The notes below the pieces were generated by a model. The model was given only the letters and a program-made list of their open reading frames with translations, had not been told where the DNA came from and did not search any database. Both the position numbers and the translations under genes were made by a program. A stretch of DNA of 64,000 bases from a virus. Positions 1 through 10,014 of this stretch are shown one piece after another. The DNA is taken from the IMG/VR virus record IMGVR_UViG_3300010389_000002. One strand, given 5' to 3'. Position 1 is the stretch's first letter. The number at the start of each line of letters is the position of its first letter.

Positions 1-990
1 AATGTTTGAGAATGGTTTGATTCCTAGGTCTGGATTAACTGGACCAGTGTTAACATTACCTAGAGCATCTTCGTTGGTGTAGAGAAGAAGTTCTACTAGT
101 TTGTCAACAGCATCCTCGATACCCTTTACAATCTCTCCCTTAATCCTAGAAATAAGACTAGTAACTAACTTGATTGCCTTATTAATATACTCCTTGCCGT
201 TGTCAATAATTTTATTTAATTCCCCAGTGTACTTACTGACATAGTAATCTCCAATCTGTCCACCAGAATCCTGATTGGCTTTCAACATGTCGCCAATGAT
301 CTTGTTTAGATTCTCTTGGAATTGTTTTTCTGTACCACAGTTTGGGTTAGCAATCTCTACACATACCTTCTGTCCATGTGGGTTGTTAGCACTAGGAGGG
401 GCGAAAGCGGAGTAAAATAGTGGTGCTGCTTTTGCTGGTACAGCAGTAGCTGGTAGTCCTGCTTGTCCTGGTTTGGTGGAACCAGCACTGCTGGAATCTG
501 CTGCTGTTGTAGTAGCAGTTTGATCTTTCTCAGTTGCTGCTAGTGGTTGATGGATGTAAGGATCTGATGCTGGATCAATGAAAGTAGTGAAAGACTTACA
601 TGTACCATCTGGATTAGGATCTTTTTCGATGTTCTCTAACTTGGTAGCACCTGCTGTGTGTCCAATAGATCCTAGGATCAATGGTCTTTGCTGATCATTA
701 TCAAGGAAGAAACCTACGACCCAGTTGCCTGTCTTGAGACCGATACTACTACCACTTACACCACCATCAGACCATGGGTTGCTAGCAGGCAGCATGACAT
801 TTGCCCAAGGCAAATCTTCTGTCTTGGTTGCATTACAATCCTTAAGGTGTACACCTACAATCCTTACTCTATATCTACCAGAGTTCTTTGGATCTTCACC
901 CTGTTCGGACTCTACCTGTCCAACCCACCAGTTAAAGCCGTCGGATCCAATCTTATGTATAGGAAAGAGAGAAGATAGTGCTGGATCCAT
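1..990 (-). CDS. gp5: Baseplate hub/spike protein gp5, N-terminal part (runs off window start)
   Basis: Hand translation from ATG at 990: MDPALSSLFPIHKIGSDGFNWWVGQVE...GRYRVRIVGVH...LPWANVMLP...GNWVVGFFLDNDQQRPLILGSI, the gp5 OB-fold N-terminus; absent from ORF track because truncated. Confidence 0.85.
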   Translation of the reverse strand, partial: MDPALSSLFPIHKIGSDGFNWWVGQVESEQGEDPKNSGRYRVRIVGVHLKDCNATKTEDLPWANVMLPASNPWSDGGVSGSSIGLKTGNWVVGFFLDNDQQRPLILGSIGHTAGATKLENIEKDPNPDGTCKSFTTFIDPASDPYIHQPLAATEKDQTATTTAADSSSAGSTKPGQAGLPATAVPAKAAPLFYSAFAPPSANNPHGQKVCVEIANPNCGTEKQFQENLNKIIGDMLKANQDSGGQIGDYYVSKYTGELNKIIDNGKEYINKAIKLVTSLISRIKGEIVKGIEDAVDKLVELLLYTNEDALGNVNTGPVNPDLGIKPFSNI

Positions 991-991
991 A

Positions 992-2410
992 TCAAGACTT
1001 TACATTACTAGAATATTCTTTCATGCCTGAGGTGTCTCTAATTAATTCAAGCATCGTGATAGCTTCGCTCTTATTTATATCTACATTGTGACCTAATTTA
1101 GATATCAAATACAATCCACTGTTCTCTTCATCATATGGTTGATCCTTTCTAAGATCACCAGCTGCCATGTTGGGGAGCATGACTTTAAGTTTATCACCTA
1201 CCTTTAGTTCTAAATTAACTGGAATTTGGATGTTAAGAACTTGATTCTCAATGCTTTGATAGCGAGAGAATGCTTGTGCCATGTAGAACTTTTGATAATC
1301 GGGGAAAGGATTGTTTCCACTGCCACCATCTCTATCTTCATTAGATCCAGATTCTTGATCACTAAACCATGTCTCGTGATCAATAATAGTTGAAACAATT
1401 CTAGTTGGTCTCTGTGATAAATCTTTCTGGAACTTTCCTAGACTTGTTTGACTTCCTAGGTGTGCTTGGTTAGCAAAAGAGTCTGCCATGTTATAGGTGT
1501 ACTCTTCATAAGATCCTGTGGAATAATTGTAGAAGCATAGGTATGTAGAAAACACACCACTTCTCATCTGATCAAAAAGATCAATCTCTCCTTTAAAAGA
1601 ATACTCGGTGATGATAGTTCTATTCTCAGCTGCCATCTGATCCTTTACTGGTTTGACCGTGTAAGTTTCTACTGGTGCTTGTCCACCAAAAGAATCTGTT
1701 CCATCCGAGAAGTAATAATCTACAGATTTAAAATGAAATCCATCATAGTTTTCGAAGAAAAAGTATCCCGCTGATCCAGATGCTTTCTTGGTATCCTTTG
1801 GCAAGGAACTCTTTCCTTTGGTTTTATTGCTCTCTGTGTTACTAGTAGACTCACTGGAAGGAACAGATGATGTCTTGGGTACAGACTTAGGAGCAAGCTG
1901 TTGGATAATAGTGTGTGCTTTCTTACCATTAGGAAAGAACTTTACTTGATACTTACTATCCTCTACAAATATTGCTTTGTCTGTCTCTAGATACTCCTTA
2001 AGAATCTTGGTAACAATATCATTTGGATATCCACTGAGGGGTTCATTGATTCTAACACCCTCATTGTACATTGCTTCCTTTGATATCAAACTGAGTTGAT
2101 AGGCTTGAGTCTTGTCGGTAAATTTCCTTCCCGAAATCTTATAGACAAAGAACTCATACGTGTACTTTTCTTCAAGAGTATCTTCAAAGACAATCTTTAC
2201 TTCTTCTCCACCTTGAATAGGGAGAGTACCATAAAGGTTCTTTCCTGAGTCCATGATCCATGCTTCAGCATGTAAGAATGGTTTATCAATATCTTCGAAG
2301 TAAGCAAAGTAAGGCATGGCAAACTTAATAGACTCCGAGACTCCATCTACACTAGTGATGGTAGCTTCTAGAACGTTACAGTATTTTACTCCTTTAATTT
2401 GATTTGCCAT
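992..2410 (-). CDS. Probable baseplate hub protein (gp27-like)
   Basis: 472 aa, directly upstream of gp5; C-terminal LNIQIPVNLELKVGDKLKV...SGLYLISKLGH pattern resembles hub proteins. Confidence 0.55.
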   Translation of the reverse strand: MANQIKGVKYCNVLEATITSVDGVSESIKFAMPYFAYFEDIDKPFLHAEAWIMDSGKNLYGTLPIQGGEEVKIVFEDTLEEKYTYEFFVYKISGRKFTDKTQAYQLSLISKEAMYNEGVRINEPLSGYPNDIVTKILKEYLETDKAIFVEDSKYQVKFFPNGKKAHTIIQQLAPKSVPKTSSVPSSESTSNTESNKTKGKSSLPKDTKKASGSAGYFFFENYDGFHFKSVDYYFSDGTDSFGGQAPVETYTVKPVKDQMAAENRTIITEYSFKGEIDLFDQMRSGVFSTYLCFYNYSTGSYEEYTYNMADSFANQAHLGSQTSLGKFQKDLSQRPTRIVSTIIDHETWFSDQESGSNEDRDGGSGNNPFPDYQKFYMAQAFSRYQSIENQVLNIQIPVNLELKVGDKLKVMLPNMAAGDLRKDQPYDEENSGLYLISKLGHNVDINKSEAITMLELIRDTSGMKEYSSNVKS

Positions 2411-4722
2411 TATGTAAAGTTACCTCTTGTTGTTGTTTGATATGTTTGCTGGAATACAGGAGATGTTAATAAACCTCCACCTGTATTACCTCCAATAGTA
2501 TATTGACTGCTTGGAGTATTGCTGGCATTAATTGTTTGGTATACAGCAGGTAACATTATAAATTGTGGTTGACCCATCGATGGCGACATTGATGTTGGTA
2601 CACCCAATGGTTGTGTATTAGATGTTAGTAGCGGTTGTCCTTGTGGTATGTTAACTCGTGGATTATTAGGGCTAGTAGTGTTGCCGCCATACTGAATGCC
2701 TCCATTTAATACAAATTGTGATGGGTCACCATACGTACGAAACGAAGCAGTGGATTTATTATATCCATCAGCATGATCAATGTGTACATGAGGACCAGTC
2801 GAAAGACCTGTGCTACCTGCTAATCCAATGACATCTCCTGCTTTTACTTTCTGTCCATTGGTGACTTTAAGAGTGTTAAAGTGTGCTAGTTTGATGTATC
2901 CGCCAGCATCTAATTTAATGACAGCAAAGTTTCCGTATCCACCGTTGTCTTTCTTCGGTGAATGATCGTTAGCATCTCCCATTACTGCAGCATCAACAAC
3001 AGTTCCTGGATATCCAATAGAAATCTTTTCGTTTTCAGGTACACCAATGTCTAGTCCAGTGTGACCACCAGGATTTCTACCAGATCCTAGATTATCTCTA
3101 ACACCAAGTCCTCTACCAAACATTGATCTAGTAAACTTCTTGCTGTTACCCACTGTCTCGGCAGCTGCCATTGCTGGTGGTCTGTATCTTGGTTGTGTAG
3201 TTGGTTGTGTTGCGGCAGCAGCAGGTCTGCCAAACAATCCACCGAACATACCCCTAAGACCATCTGATATCCTGCCTAGTATTCCTTTCTTCTTCCCTCT
3301 TTTTCCTGAAAGAGCTTTACCATCAACATGAGTTATACCTTTTTCACCGACAGCATTACCTTCAGCACCTTCAGCTGCTGTAGGATCAGAACCAGCAGTG
3401 ACATTGAGTATTGTCTCTGGCAATCCAAAAGCTTTAGCAATTGGTTTGAATGTATTGAGAATAGGAGCAGCAAATGGTCCAGCAATACCCTGTAATACTT
3501 GATTGATAATAGAGAAAGTCAAAGCACCACCCGCCATCGGGATTGCTTGTACTAATTTCGCTACTAGTTCTGGTTTCTGTTCCTCACTTACAGGAGCAGT
3601 TGTCTTTGATTTGTCCTTTGCCTTGCCTAATAGATCTGATACTCCGTTGTTTCTATTGAGAGGGTAGACTCCTTTGTCCTCATCTAATCTTCCCTTTGTG
3701 GGGTTAGTGTAGAGACCGGACTGAATGGTAGGCTCGGGTCTGGTGCCCTCACTCATCATCTTCCTACCAAAACCACCTAAGGCAGGCAGCAGGCTCTTAC
3801 CTGCTCCCAGAATTCTTGACCCAAGTCTTCCTTTCCCTGGTGGTGTTGGTGCCTTCGGTTTGGGTGTCTTCGGAGCGTCTGGTGTTTTTGGTTTTTTATT
3901 TCTTCTTAGTTTATCACCGAGAGCATCAGCACCAAGCTCGCTTGCTATCTCTCCTATTGCATCTGTTAATCCACTGACTAATCCACCTAGGAGTCCACCG
4001 CCACCACCTTCATCATCGTCATCATCCTCTGCTTTCCTGTTTGGATTATCTTCAGGATCTGCAGCTTTAGATTCAATGTCTGCTTCATTCCTAGCAGCTT
4101 CAGCATCATTCTGTGCTTGTTTAAATAGATCTCCCTGTTCTACCTCTACTTCAACTTGATCCTCTGCTATGTCTATGTCACGTTTGATCCACTGCTTTAA
4201 TCTGTCAAGTAGACTAGCAAAGTTACCTAAGTTATTGTTGGTTGTATCCTGTTGATCAGAAGATACATCTTGCTTATTACCTAGTCCCTTAATACCTTCG
4301 GCAACTTTCTGAGTGTTGTCACTGATAGTATTGAGTATAGGAGTCAACCAAGATTGAAGAGGAGCATCTTGTACAAATTCATCGTCACGGATACCTTCAA
4401 GACCCAATTGTGTGACACCAGGGGCATTCTTAATCTCCCCTCGAATCATCTTTTGATATCTTTCTTTCTTAGATAGACCAGGATCATTCTGTTCATCAGG
4501 ATTTACCTGGAACATTCCTTTGGTTCTTCTTAGTTTATCTCCACCAAACTCTGCTGCTAATGCTTTACCAAAGAAGTACCCTCTACCTGTCTCAACTCCG
4601 CTCTCTTTATTTGCTTCTCTCTCCTGAGCTGCCATCTTTCTTGCAGCTTTAATCTTACCCCCAATATACTTGCCGAGATCTCCAGTATCTGCTTGTCTAT
4701 AGTTTCGTACTCGTGCTGCCAT
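2410..4722 (-). CDS. Tape-measure-like tail protein with C-terminal M23 peptidase
   Basis: 770 aa; HTGLD (HxxxD) and TGPHVH (HxH) M23 zinc motifs; low-complexity helical N-terminus; baseplate context. Confidence 0.75.
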   Translation of the reverse strand: MAARVRNYRQADTGDLGKYIGGKIKAARKMAAQEREANKESGVETGRGYFFGKALAAEFGGDKLRRTKGMFQVNPDEQNDPGLSKKERYQKMIRGEIKNAPGVTQLGLEGIRDDEFVQDAPLQSWLTPILNTISDNTQKVAEGIKGLGNKQDVSSDQQDTTNNNLGNFASLLDRLKQWIKRDIDIAEDQVEVEVEQGDLFKQAQNDAEAARNEADIESKAADPEDNPNRKAEDDDDDEGGGGGLLGGLVSGLTDAIGEIASELGADALGDKLRRNKKPKTPDAPKTPKPKAPTPPGKGRLGSRILGAGKSLLPALGGFGRKMMSEGTRPEPTIQSGLYTNPTKGRLDEDKGVYPLNRNNGVSDLLGKAKDKSKTTAPVSEEQKPELVAKLVQAIPMAGGALTFSIINQVLQGIAGPFAAPILNTFKPIAKAFGLPETILNVTAGSDPTAAEGAEGNAVGEKGITHVDGKALSGKRGKKKGILGRISDGLRGMFGGLFGRPAAAATQPTTQPRYRPPAMAAAETVGNSKKFTRSMFGRGLGVRDNLGSGRNPGGHTGLDIGVPENEKISIGYPGTVVDAAVMGDANDHSPKKDNGGYGNFAVIKLDAGGYIKLAHFNTLKVTNGQKVKAGDVIGLAGSTGLSTGPHVHIDHADGYNKSTASFRTYGDPSQFVLNGGIQYGGNTTSPNNPRVNIPQGQPLLTSNTQPLGVPTSMSPSMGQPQFIMLPAVYQTINASNTPSSQYTIGGNTGGGLLTSPVFQQTYQTTTRGNFT

Positions 4723-4801
4723 TAAACTTTTTTAGCATTTTTTTGGCGGAAAATTTTTTTCGGAATTTAGGTAATCATAAATTGAATTTTCTATTTAATA
4801 T

Positions 4802-7800
4802 TTAGTAGACTTCCCTGGTGGCATTCTTCATGGCAAAGAAAGTAGATAGTTTCATAGGACCTTCGGGTTGCTCTTGTTCCTGTTGCTGTTGTTGTGGAGC
4901 AGCTGGTTGTCTCTGGATAACAGGGAGGATCATAATCGTGGCACCTTCCATTGGATCTCCGTAAGGTATGGTTGTTGCTGGTCCTGGATTCAATGGCAGT
5001 GACGTTAGTATTGCCTGTCCTGTAGGTTGCTGTTGTGGTTGTGCTGGTAGTGGCGACGCTGGTAAGGTTGGTCCAGTGTTCTGAATTAGTCTGACTGGAT
5101 TCTCTGGTTGTGGGTCCATGGAAGGAGCAGCAGTATTAGTTAGACCCATGCTAGTAATCATTTGATCGTAAGCATCAGCTGTATATCTTTGTTGTACATC
5201 TGCTGCTGGTCTTTCCCAATACTTCATCCAATCATATGCTGCTGCACCTGGAGAAGAAAATGGCGTAGCAAGATATGTAGGACCATGATCTTCACCCAGA
5301 GCATAATCAATTTGTCCCTGCCAGTTTGATTGCCAGTCAGGAACTGCTGCCATCATGTTCTCTGCTCTACCACCATTCCATTGGAACAATCCAAACGAAC
5401 CAGCACCAGGATCATTAGGATTGTGTGCTCCTAGTTTGAATCCAGATTCTCTACTGATGTTAGCCGTGATTCCCTTGGCATGATTCTCACTCATACCTTT
5501 AGACAATAGGTAACGATAAACTTCACTAGCTGTAGTTCTTCCTTCTCCACCACCCAAGTTAGGAATGATGGGTGCTCCTGTTCCTCTGGATCTAGTAGTG
5601 CCAGTAGAATCATCTGTTAGTCCCAGGAACGACAGTAATCCTTCAAACATACCACCGAAAGGATTAAACTGATCCATATCCTGTCCTGATTTCTCACCAG
5701 CGCCACCACCAATGTCAGCAGGGAAACTATACTTCTCCATGCCAAACGCTTTAACTAATGGAGCAAGATAGTTGGTCATGTATGGTCTAGCAGCTGCTCC
5801 AAAAATACCAGACTGTTTCAATACAGTATCGATTGCCCCTAAGATAGCAGCAGCACCCATGTCTGTAACTGAGCTAGTAGCATCTACTTGATCTATTACT
5901 TCTACTAACTCTTTATCACTTGCTACTAATTCATCACCTGCTTCACCAATCATCACTTTCTCTCGTGCTGATTCAATCATAGGTTTATTAACTAAATCAT
6001 CCTCTTTGATTCTTGGACCTTGGATCTCCTCTAATACAGGAAGAGTACCTTCACTTAACTTCTCTGCTCCTGGATAACTATCTCTAAATTCTTTTTCAAA
6101 TTTTAAATAATCATCTATGTCTTCCTCTACATAACCTTCTGCTCTTCTTTTCTTAACCCATTCCTCTTTTGCTTTGTCTTTATCTGCGTTAAACTTTTCT
6201 TCCCACTTCTGTTGCTCTGTCTTCTCTTCAGGTTTCGGACCCATCTTGTCCATCATTTCTTTCTGTGCTTCATCATTGCCATAGATATTACCGAACCCAC
6301 CCTTCTCGTCAGGGATAACATTCAAGAAGTCAATACGATTCATCCACCCACGAGTGTACTCTCTAAGTCTGGCATCAAACTTGGCAAGATTGTGTGCTTG
6401 CTTCTCTCTGTCTTCTTCATTAAGGAATGGATACCTAACCGCTTCGACAGCATACCTGAAAGGAGCACCGATAGCATCGAGTGCTACACCAGTTCCCTTT
6501 AGTGTTTCATTGAGTGCTCCCTCTCCTTCATTCGTTAGTTGAAAGAGTCCTTCGCCAGCAGCAGAAGCAGCAAGACCAGCACCAGATACGATAGCAGCAG
6601 CAGTAGCAGCACCTATGCTACCTGCTTGTGTTACTGCTCCAGCAGTTTGTGTAACAGCTTGGGATCCTGCTTGGGCTCCTCTCTGTAGTGCTTGTTGTAC
6701 TGTTTTCTTTACACCTTCTCCCTTTATCCTATCAAATATTTTATCTTGCGCTAGTTCAGTGCCGATGTCTATAGCAAAAGAACCTAAGGCTCCAAGTATT
6801 CCATCACCACCACCTTCATCATCACCTTTCTTCTTACCTCCGAAGAGGTTTCGAATCATCTTGATAAGATTAGGTAGTCCACCTTCAGCACGGAGATACT
6901 TTCTAAATCCAGCACCACCGCCACCACCTTCTTCTATCTTTGCCTGGTTAGCAGCTGCTTCATCAGCATTAGCAGTGTCTTCTTGGATATCTAATGACGC
7001 TTGCTTGGCAACTAGAAGTTGTTTTTCCGTGGAAACTTTTTGACCTAATAGTTTATTGATCTCATTAATCTTATCATTAATAGCTTGGGTAGTTACTGCT
7101 CCTGTAGTATCTTTCTGGACAGTGTTATCAAACTGAGTGACAGCCATACTAAATGCTGCCATGGTGTCAGCATAAGTATCATTCAGTACCTGTATCTCCG
7201 GACCTATGCCTACTTCACCCAGACCACCAGCAGGTTGAGGCTCTTCTTGCTTTGGTGCTGGTAGTGTGGAAGACATCAATGGTCTTACACTAGCACCGAA
7301 TCTTTCTCCTCTAGATAGACCAGGATCATTCTGAGCATCAGGATTTACCTGGAACATTCCCTTTGTTCGGGCAAGTTTGTCACCACCAAACTCAAATCCT
7401 AATGCTTTGGTGATGAAACGATCTTTGAGGAAGCTTCTGTTCTTTAGATCCTCAGGGGATCCACCCATGTCGATGAATTCTTTTCTGGCACGAGCAGCAT
7501 TAGTGAAAGCTGACTTTAATTTTATGCCTACGAAATCATTAAAAGTCTTTGCCTTGGATGCATCGGTGCTTCTATACTTAGGATCATCAACCTTAGGTGC
7601 TACAGATACAGTAGATTTTGTTGATGATACTACTTCTTTCTGCTTTCTCTTCTTCCTTGGCAGTGGAGCAGGCGGAGCAACGATGGTTTCAATTAAAGGA
7701 TCTAAAAGATTCTTATTGAATCCCTCTGCCATTCTCTGGGCAGTAGTTTTCTTATCTGATTTCTTTTTCTTAAAAGTATTCTTTATCCCAGGGAGTCTTA

Positions 7801-8251
7801 GTCTCTCTGGAGCACGTAACTTCTGTTCTGGTGTTGATTCAAACGGAGCTTCAATCTGAATAACAATGGGTTCATCGGGTTGCTTCTGCTCAACCTCGAT
7901 AATCTCTACCTCTACAGGAATATCTTCTGATTCCTGTGTAGCATTAGGAGTATCAACTAAGTACCTATCAATGATCCACTCTTGATATTCTCTTTCTGCT
8001 TCGCCACTGGTACTACTAGTTTGAAGCATGGGATATCCATCTTCATCCTGCTTCATGTTAGCGATGATCTTGTCAGCATCGCCACTAGATAGACTTCTAT
8101 CGTGTAATTTAAAATAACTGGTGCCGCTATCGTCTTTGCCACCAGTTAGTTTTGCCTTAAGTATATTAAAGATACGATCGGGCTGCCCACCACCAGCCAC
8201 GCCTGGTCTATACCATTCTACTGATGCTGGTGCTGGTAGGTTGAACATCAT
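4802..8251 (-). CDS. Tape-measure-like tail protein with C-terminal phage tail lysozyme-like domain
   Basis: 1149 aa; YLLSKGMSENHAKGITANISRESGF...GSFGLFQWNGGR...WERP motif; Ala/Gly-rich helical middle; follows gp26/gp51. Confidence 0.75.
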   Translation of the reverse strand: MMFNLPAPASVEWYRPGVAGGGQPDRIFNILKAKLTGGKDDSGTSYFKLHDRSLSSGDADKIIANMKQDEDGYPMLQTSSTSGEAEREYQEWIIDRYLVDTPNATQESEDIPVEVEIIEVEQKQPDEPIVIQIEAPFESTPEQKLRAPERLRLPGIKNTFKKKKSDKKTTAQRMAEGFNKNLLDPLIETIVAPPAPLPRKKRKQKEVVSSTKSTVSVAPKVDDPKYRSTDASKAKTFNDFVGIKLKSAFTNAARARKEFIDMGGSPEDLKNRSFLKDRFITKALGFEFGGDKLARTKGMFQVNPDAQNDPGLSRGERFGASVRPLMSSTLPAPKQEEPQPAGGLGEVGIGPEIQVLNDTYADTMAAFSMAVTQFDNTVQKDTTGAVTTQAINDKINEINKLLGQKVSTEKQLLVAKQASLDIQEDTANADEAAANQAKIEEGGGGGAGFRKYLRAEGGLPNLIKMIRNLFGGKKKGDDEGGGDGILGALGSFAIDIGTELAQDKIFDRIKGEGVKKTVQQALQRGAQAGSQAVTQTAGAVTQAGSIGAATAAAIVSGAGLAASAAGEGLFQLTNEGEGALNETLKGTGVALDAIGAPFRYAVEAVRYPFLNEEDREKQAHNLAKFDARLREYTRGWMNRIDFLNVIPDEKGGFGNIYGNDEAQKEMMDKMGPKPEEKTEQQKWEEKFNADKDKAKEEWVKKRRAEGYVEEDIDDYLKFEKEFRDSYPGAEKLSEGTLPVLEEIQGPRIKEDDLVNKPMIESAREKVMIGEAGDELVASDKELVEVIDQVDATSSVTDMGAAAILGAIDTVLKQSGIFGAAARPYMTNYLAPLVKAFGMEKYSFPADIGGGAGEKSGQDMDQFNPFGGMFEGLLSFLGLTDDSTGTTRSRGTGAPIIPNLGGGEGRTTASEVYRYLLSKGMSENHAKGITANISRESGFKLGAHNPNDPGAGSFGLFQWNGGRAENMMAAVPDWQSNWQGQIDYALGEDHGPTYLATPFSSPGAAAYDWMKYWERPAADVQQRYTADAYDQMITSMGLTNTAAPSMDPQPENPVRLIQNTGPTLPASPLPAQPQQQPTGQAILTSLPLNPGPATTIPYGDPMEGATIMILPVIQRQPAAPQQQQQEQEQPEGPMKLSTFFAMKNATREVY

Positions 8252-8424
8252 CGCTGTGCTGCTTTCCTTTGCTCTTCTTTTTCTTTCATAAGATTGTTAA
8301 GCATAGCGATGTAGATTTCCCTCTCAAAGGGAATCATATTTTCAATCTCCGTCAAACTATATTTATGCTCCTGCATCAGGATGAAGTTTGTTCTATAATA
8401 ATTTTGAAGGGTGTTATAGAACAA
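8248..8424 (-). CDS. gp51: Baseplate hub assembly protein gp51-like (58 aa from TTG; possibly made only as a frameshift extension of gp26)
   Basis: Hand translation LFYNTLQNYYRTNFILMQEHKYSLTEIENMIPFEREIYIAML matches the conserved T4-like gp51 pattern; not in ORF track. Confidence 0.8.
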   Translation of the reverse strand: MFYNTLQNYYRTNFILMQEHKYSLTEIENMIPFEREIYIAMLNNLMKEKEEQRKAAQR

Positions 8425-8439
8425 ACTTATCCGAAAAAA
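8384..8439 (-). promoter_or_regulatory. Candidate -1 programmed ribosomal frameshift signal
   Basis: Heptamer T TTT TTC (8433-8439) in gp26 frame, 4-nt spacer, perfect 15-bp inverted repeat 8414-8428/8384-8398. Confidence 0.7.
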
Positions 8440-9242
8440 GACTGGAGACCTTCTAATCTGTAGGTAGACTCGACACCAGTGTTTGGATTGACAACAGTAA
8501 AATCATGATACAACTTCGGCATAGTTGTGAAGAAATCTTGTAACTTTTCGAACTGCTTCTGTGTCATGCCCTCGATAAAGGAAACAATCTCAGACTTCTT
8601 AGTGTCAGCAGCATCCCAAACCTCATCACCCTGGAAGATTTGATCCACACAGTCAGCAATCATATCAAATAGTTCTTGTGTATCATCAAGACTCTTGTTC
8701 AATAGAGTTACATCAATGAACTGTTTGATACCAGGATACTTCATGACTAGACCGAGATCATCAGACAGCATGATTTTATTACTATGTCCTTCTGGCTTAT
8801 GTACCTGTACTTCCTCAAGATTGATAGCAGTCATGACCTCAGTCTCTCGGTCATCCTTACAAACCACCTTGAGTTTGATAACTTCACCAGCAGAGGCAGA
8901 TCTAATCTTCAAGAACAAATACTCTAGATCAAAGTTAGCTAGGTCTTCGATCTTAACTCTAGAAACAATACATGCTCTCAGAATGTCTTTGATTGTTTCC
9001 CTTACTTTATCCTCCCAATCTTTTCTTTCTTCTGCTTCAATTTTATACAGTTCATCCTTGGTCTCGGGAGGAAGCTGAGCAAAAGGAATACCACCCAGTT
9101 GATTAGGCAACTCGGGTTCTGATTCCATTGTAAACAACAATAGTTTTTCTTCCTTGACTAGAAAAGGACGATACTTTACTTTTCTACCAGTCGATGGAAT
9201 TGTGTCTTCAAAAGTAGGTACTGTTGGACTAGGTAAAGACAT
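8427..9242 (-). CDS. gp26: Baseplate hub assembly chaperone gp26
   Basis: PSTGRKVKYRPFLVKEEKLLL, DLEYLFLKIRSASAGE, C-terminal LEGLQSFF. Confidence 0.88.
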   Translation of the reverse strand: MSLPSPTVPTFEDTIPSTGRKVKYRPFLVKEEKLLLFTMESEPELPNQLGGIPFAQLPPETKDELYKIEAEERKDWEDKVRETIKDILRACIVSRVKIEDLANFDLEYLFLKIRSASAGEVIKLKVVCKDDRETEVMTAINLEEVQVHKPEGHSNKIMLSDDLGLVMKYPGIKQFIDVTLLNKSLDDTQELFDMIADCVDQIFQGDEVWDAADTKKSEIVSFIEGMTQKQFEKLQDFFTTMPKLYHDFTVVNPNTGVESTYRLEGLQSFFG

Positions 9243-9277
9243 AAAAGAGAGTTCAAATCATGTAACTATTTAGAGAG

Positions 9278-9982
9278 TTAGTTTTTAATTTTATTATAAG
9301 TTACTAGGTGCTTGGAGTAATAAAAGTTAGCAGTAACCTTTACAATTTGTGAGGCACCATAGGACATAGGTACAGCATCAATACTGTAAGGATAAGCATC
9401 AATCATTGTGTAGGCAATGGGTGCCTGACCATTAGCAGCTGCCTTATTCCTGTCTGTCTTTGTGATAATAATTGTAGAGAGATAATCCTCTGGGTAGTTT
9501 AGTCTAGTAGTACGTCCAGCATCCACTCTCTTACCCGCTTCATTCTTAACTTGACTTAGACTTCTGTTAGTAAAATTAGAACCCGCTGGAGTCTGTACCT
9601 TTTCATTATCTCCTTCATACTCATCAAAGATATATCCATACCATAAATTTAAAAACTTAAGTGACAACAGGTTAGCATCGCCCATCCACCCTAGTTGGAA
9701 GTCATTATAAACCTTGGTGTGTGGGTACTTAACTAATCCTTCACCAAGAAATCTTCCACTGATCTCACCGGTAGCAGCTTGAATGTTAGGGAGTTGTGCT
9801 TCTTCACAAAGCAACTTCAAAGTAGTACCAGTGCTACTATCATTGCCAAACTCAATACCATAGGTCTTCATCCTATCTGTGAGTGTATCAGGGAGAGTAA
9901 ACTCCACGTCGAAATTATTACTTAGAGAAAATCCACCGTTGTTATTAACGTTTTCAATAAATCTTGAAAGGGAACCTGCCAC
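9278..9982 (-). CDS. Baseplate tail-tube initiator gp54-like (tube fold)
   Basis: LLCEEAQLPNIQ, AYPYSIDAVPMSYG, KVTANFYY motifs; position next to gp4. Confidence 0.65.
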   Translation of the reverse strand: MAGSLSRFIENVNNNGGFSLSNNFDVEFTLPDTLTDRMKTYGIEFGNDSSTGTTLKLLCEEAQLPNIQAATGEISGRFLGEGLVKYPHTKVYNDFQLGWMGDANLLSLKFLNLWYGYIFDEYEGDNEKVQTPAGSNFTNRSLSQVKNEAGKRVDAGRTTRLNYPEDYLSTIIITKTDRNKAAANGQAPIAYTMIDAYPYSIDAVPMSYGASQIVKVTANFYYSKHLVTYNKIKN

Positions 9983-9988
9983 TCTAAA

Positions 9989-10014
9989 TATAAATAGATA
10001 TCATGATTATTTAT
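9989..10014. promoter_or_regulatory. Divergent T4-type late promoters
   Basis: TATAAATA on + (9989-9996) toward gp4 and ATAAATA on - (10008-10014) toward gp54. Confidence 0.6.

Noticed and set aside
688-1030. Two plus-strand ORFs (96 and 101 aa)
   Set aside because: Antisense shadows of the truncated gp5 gene, which is the real coding frame
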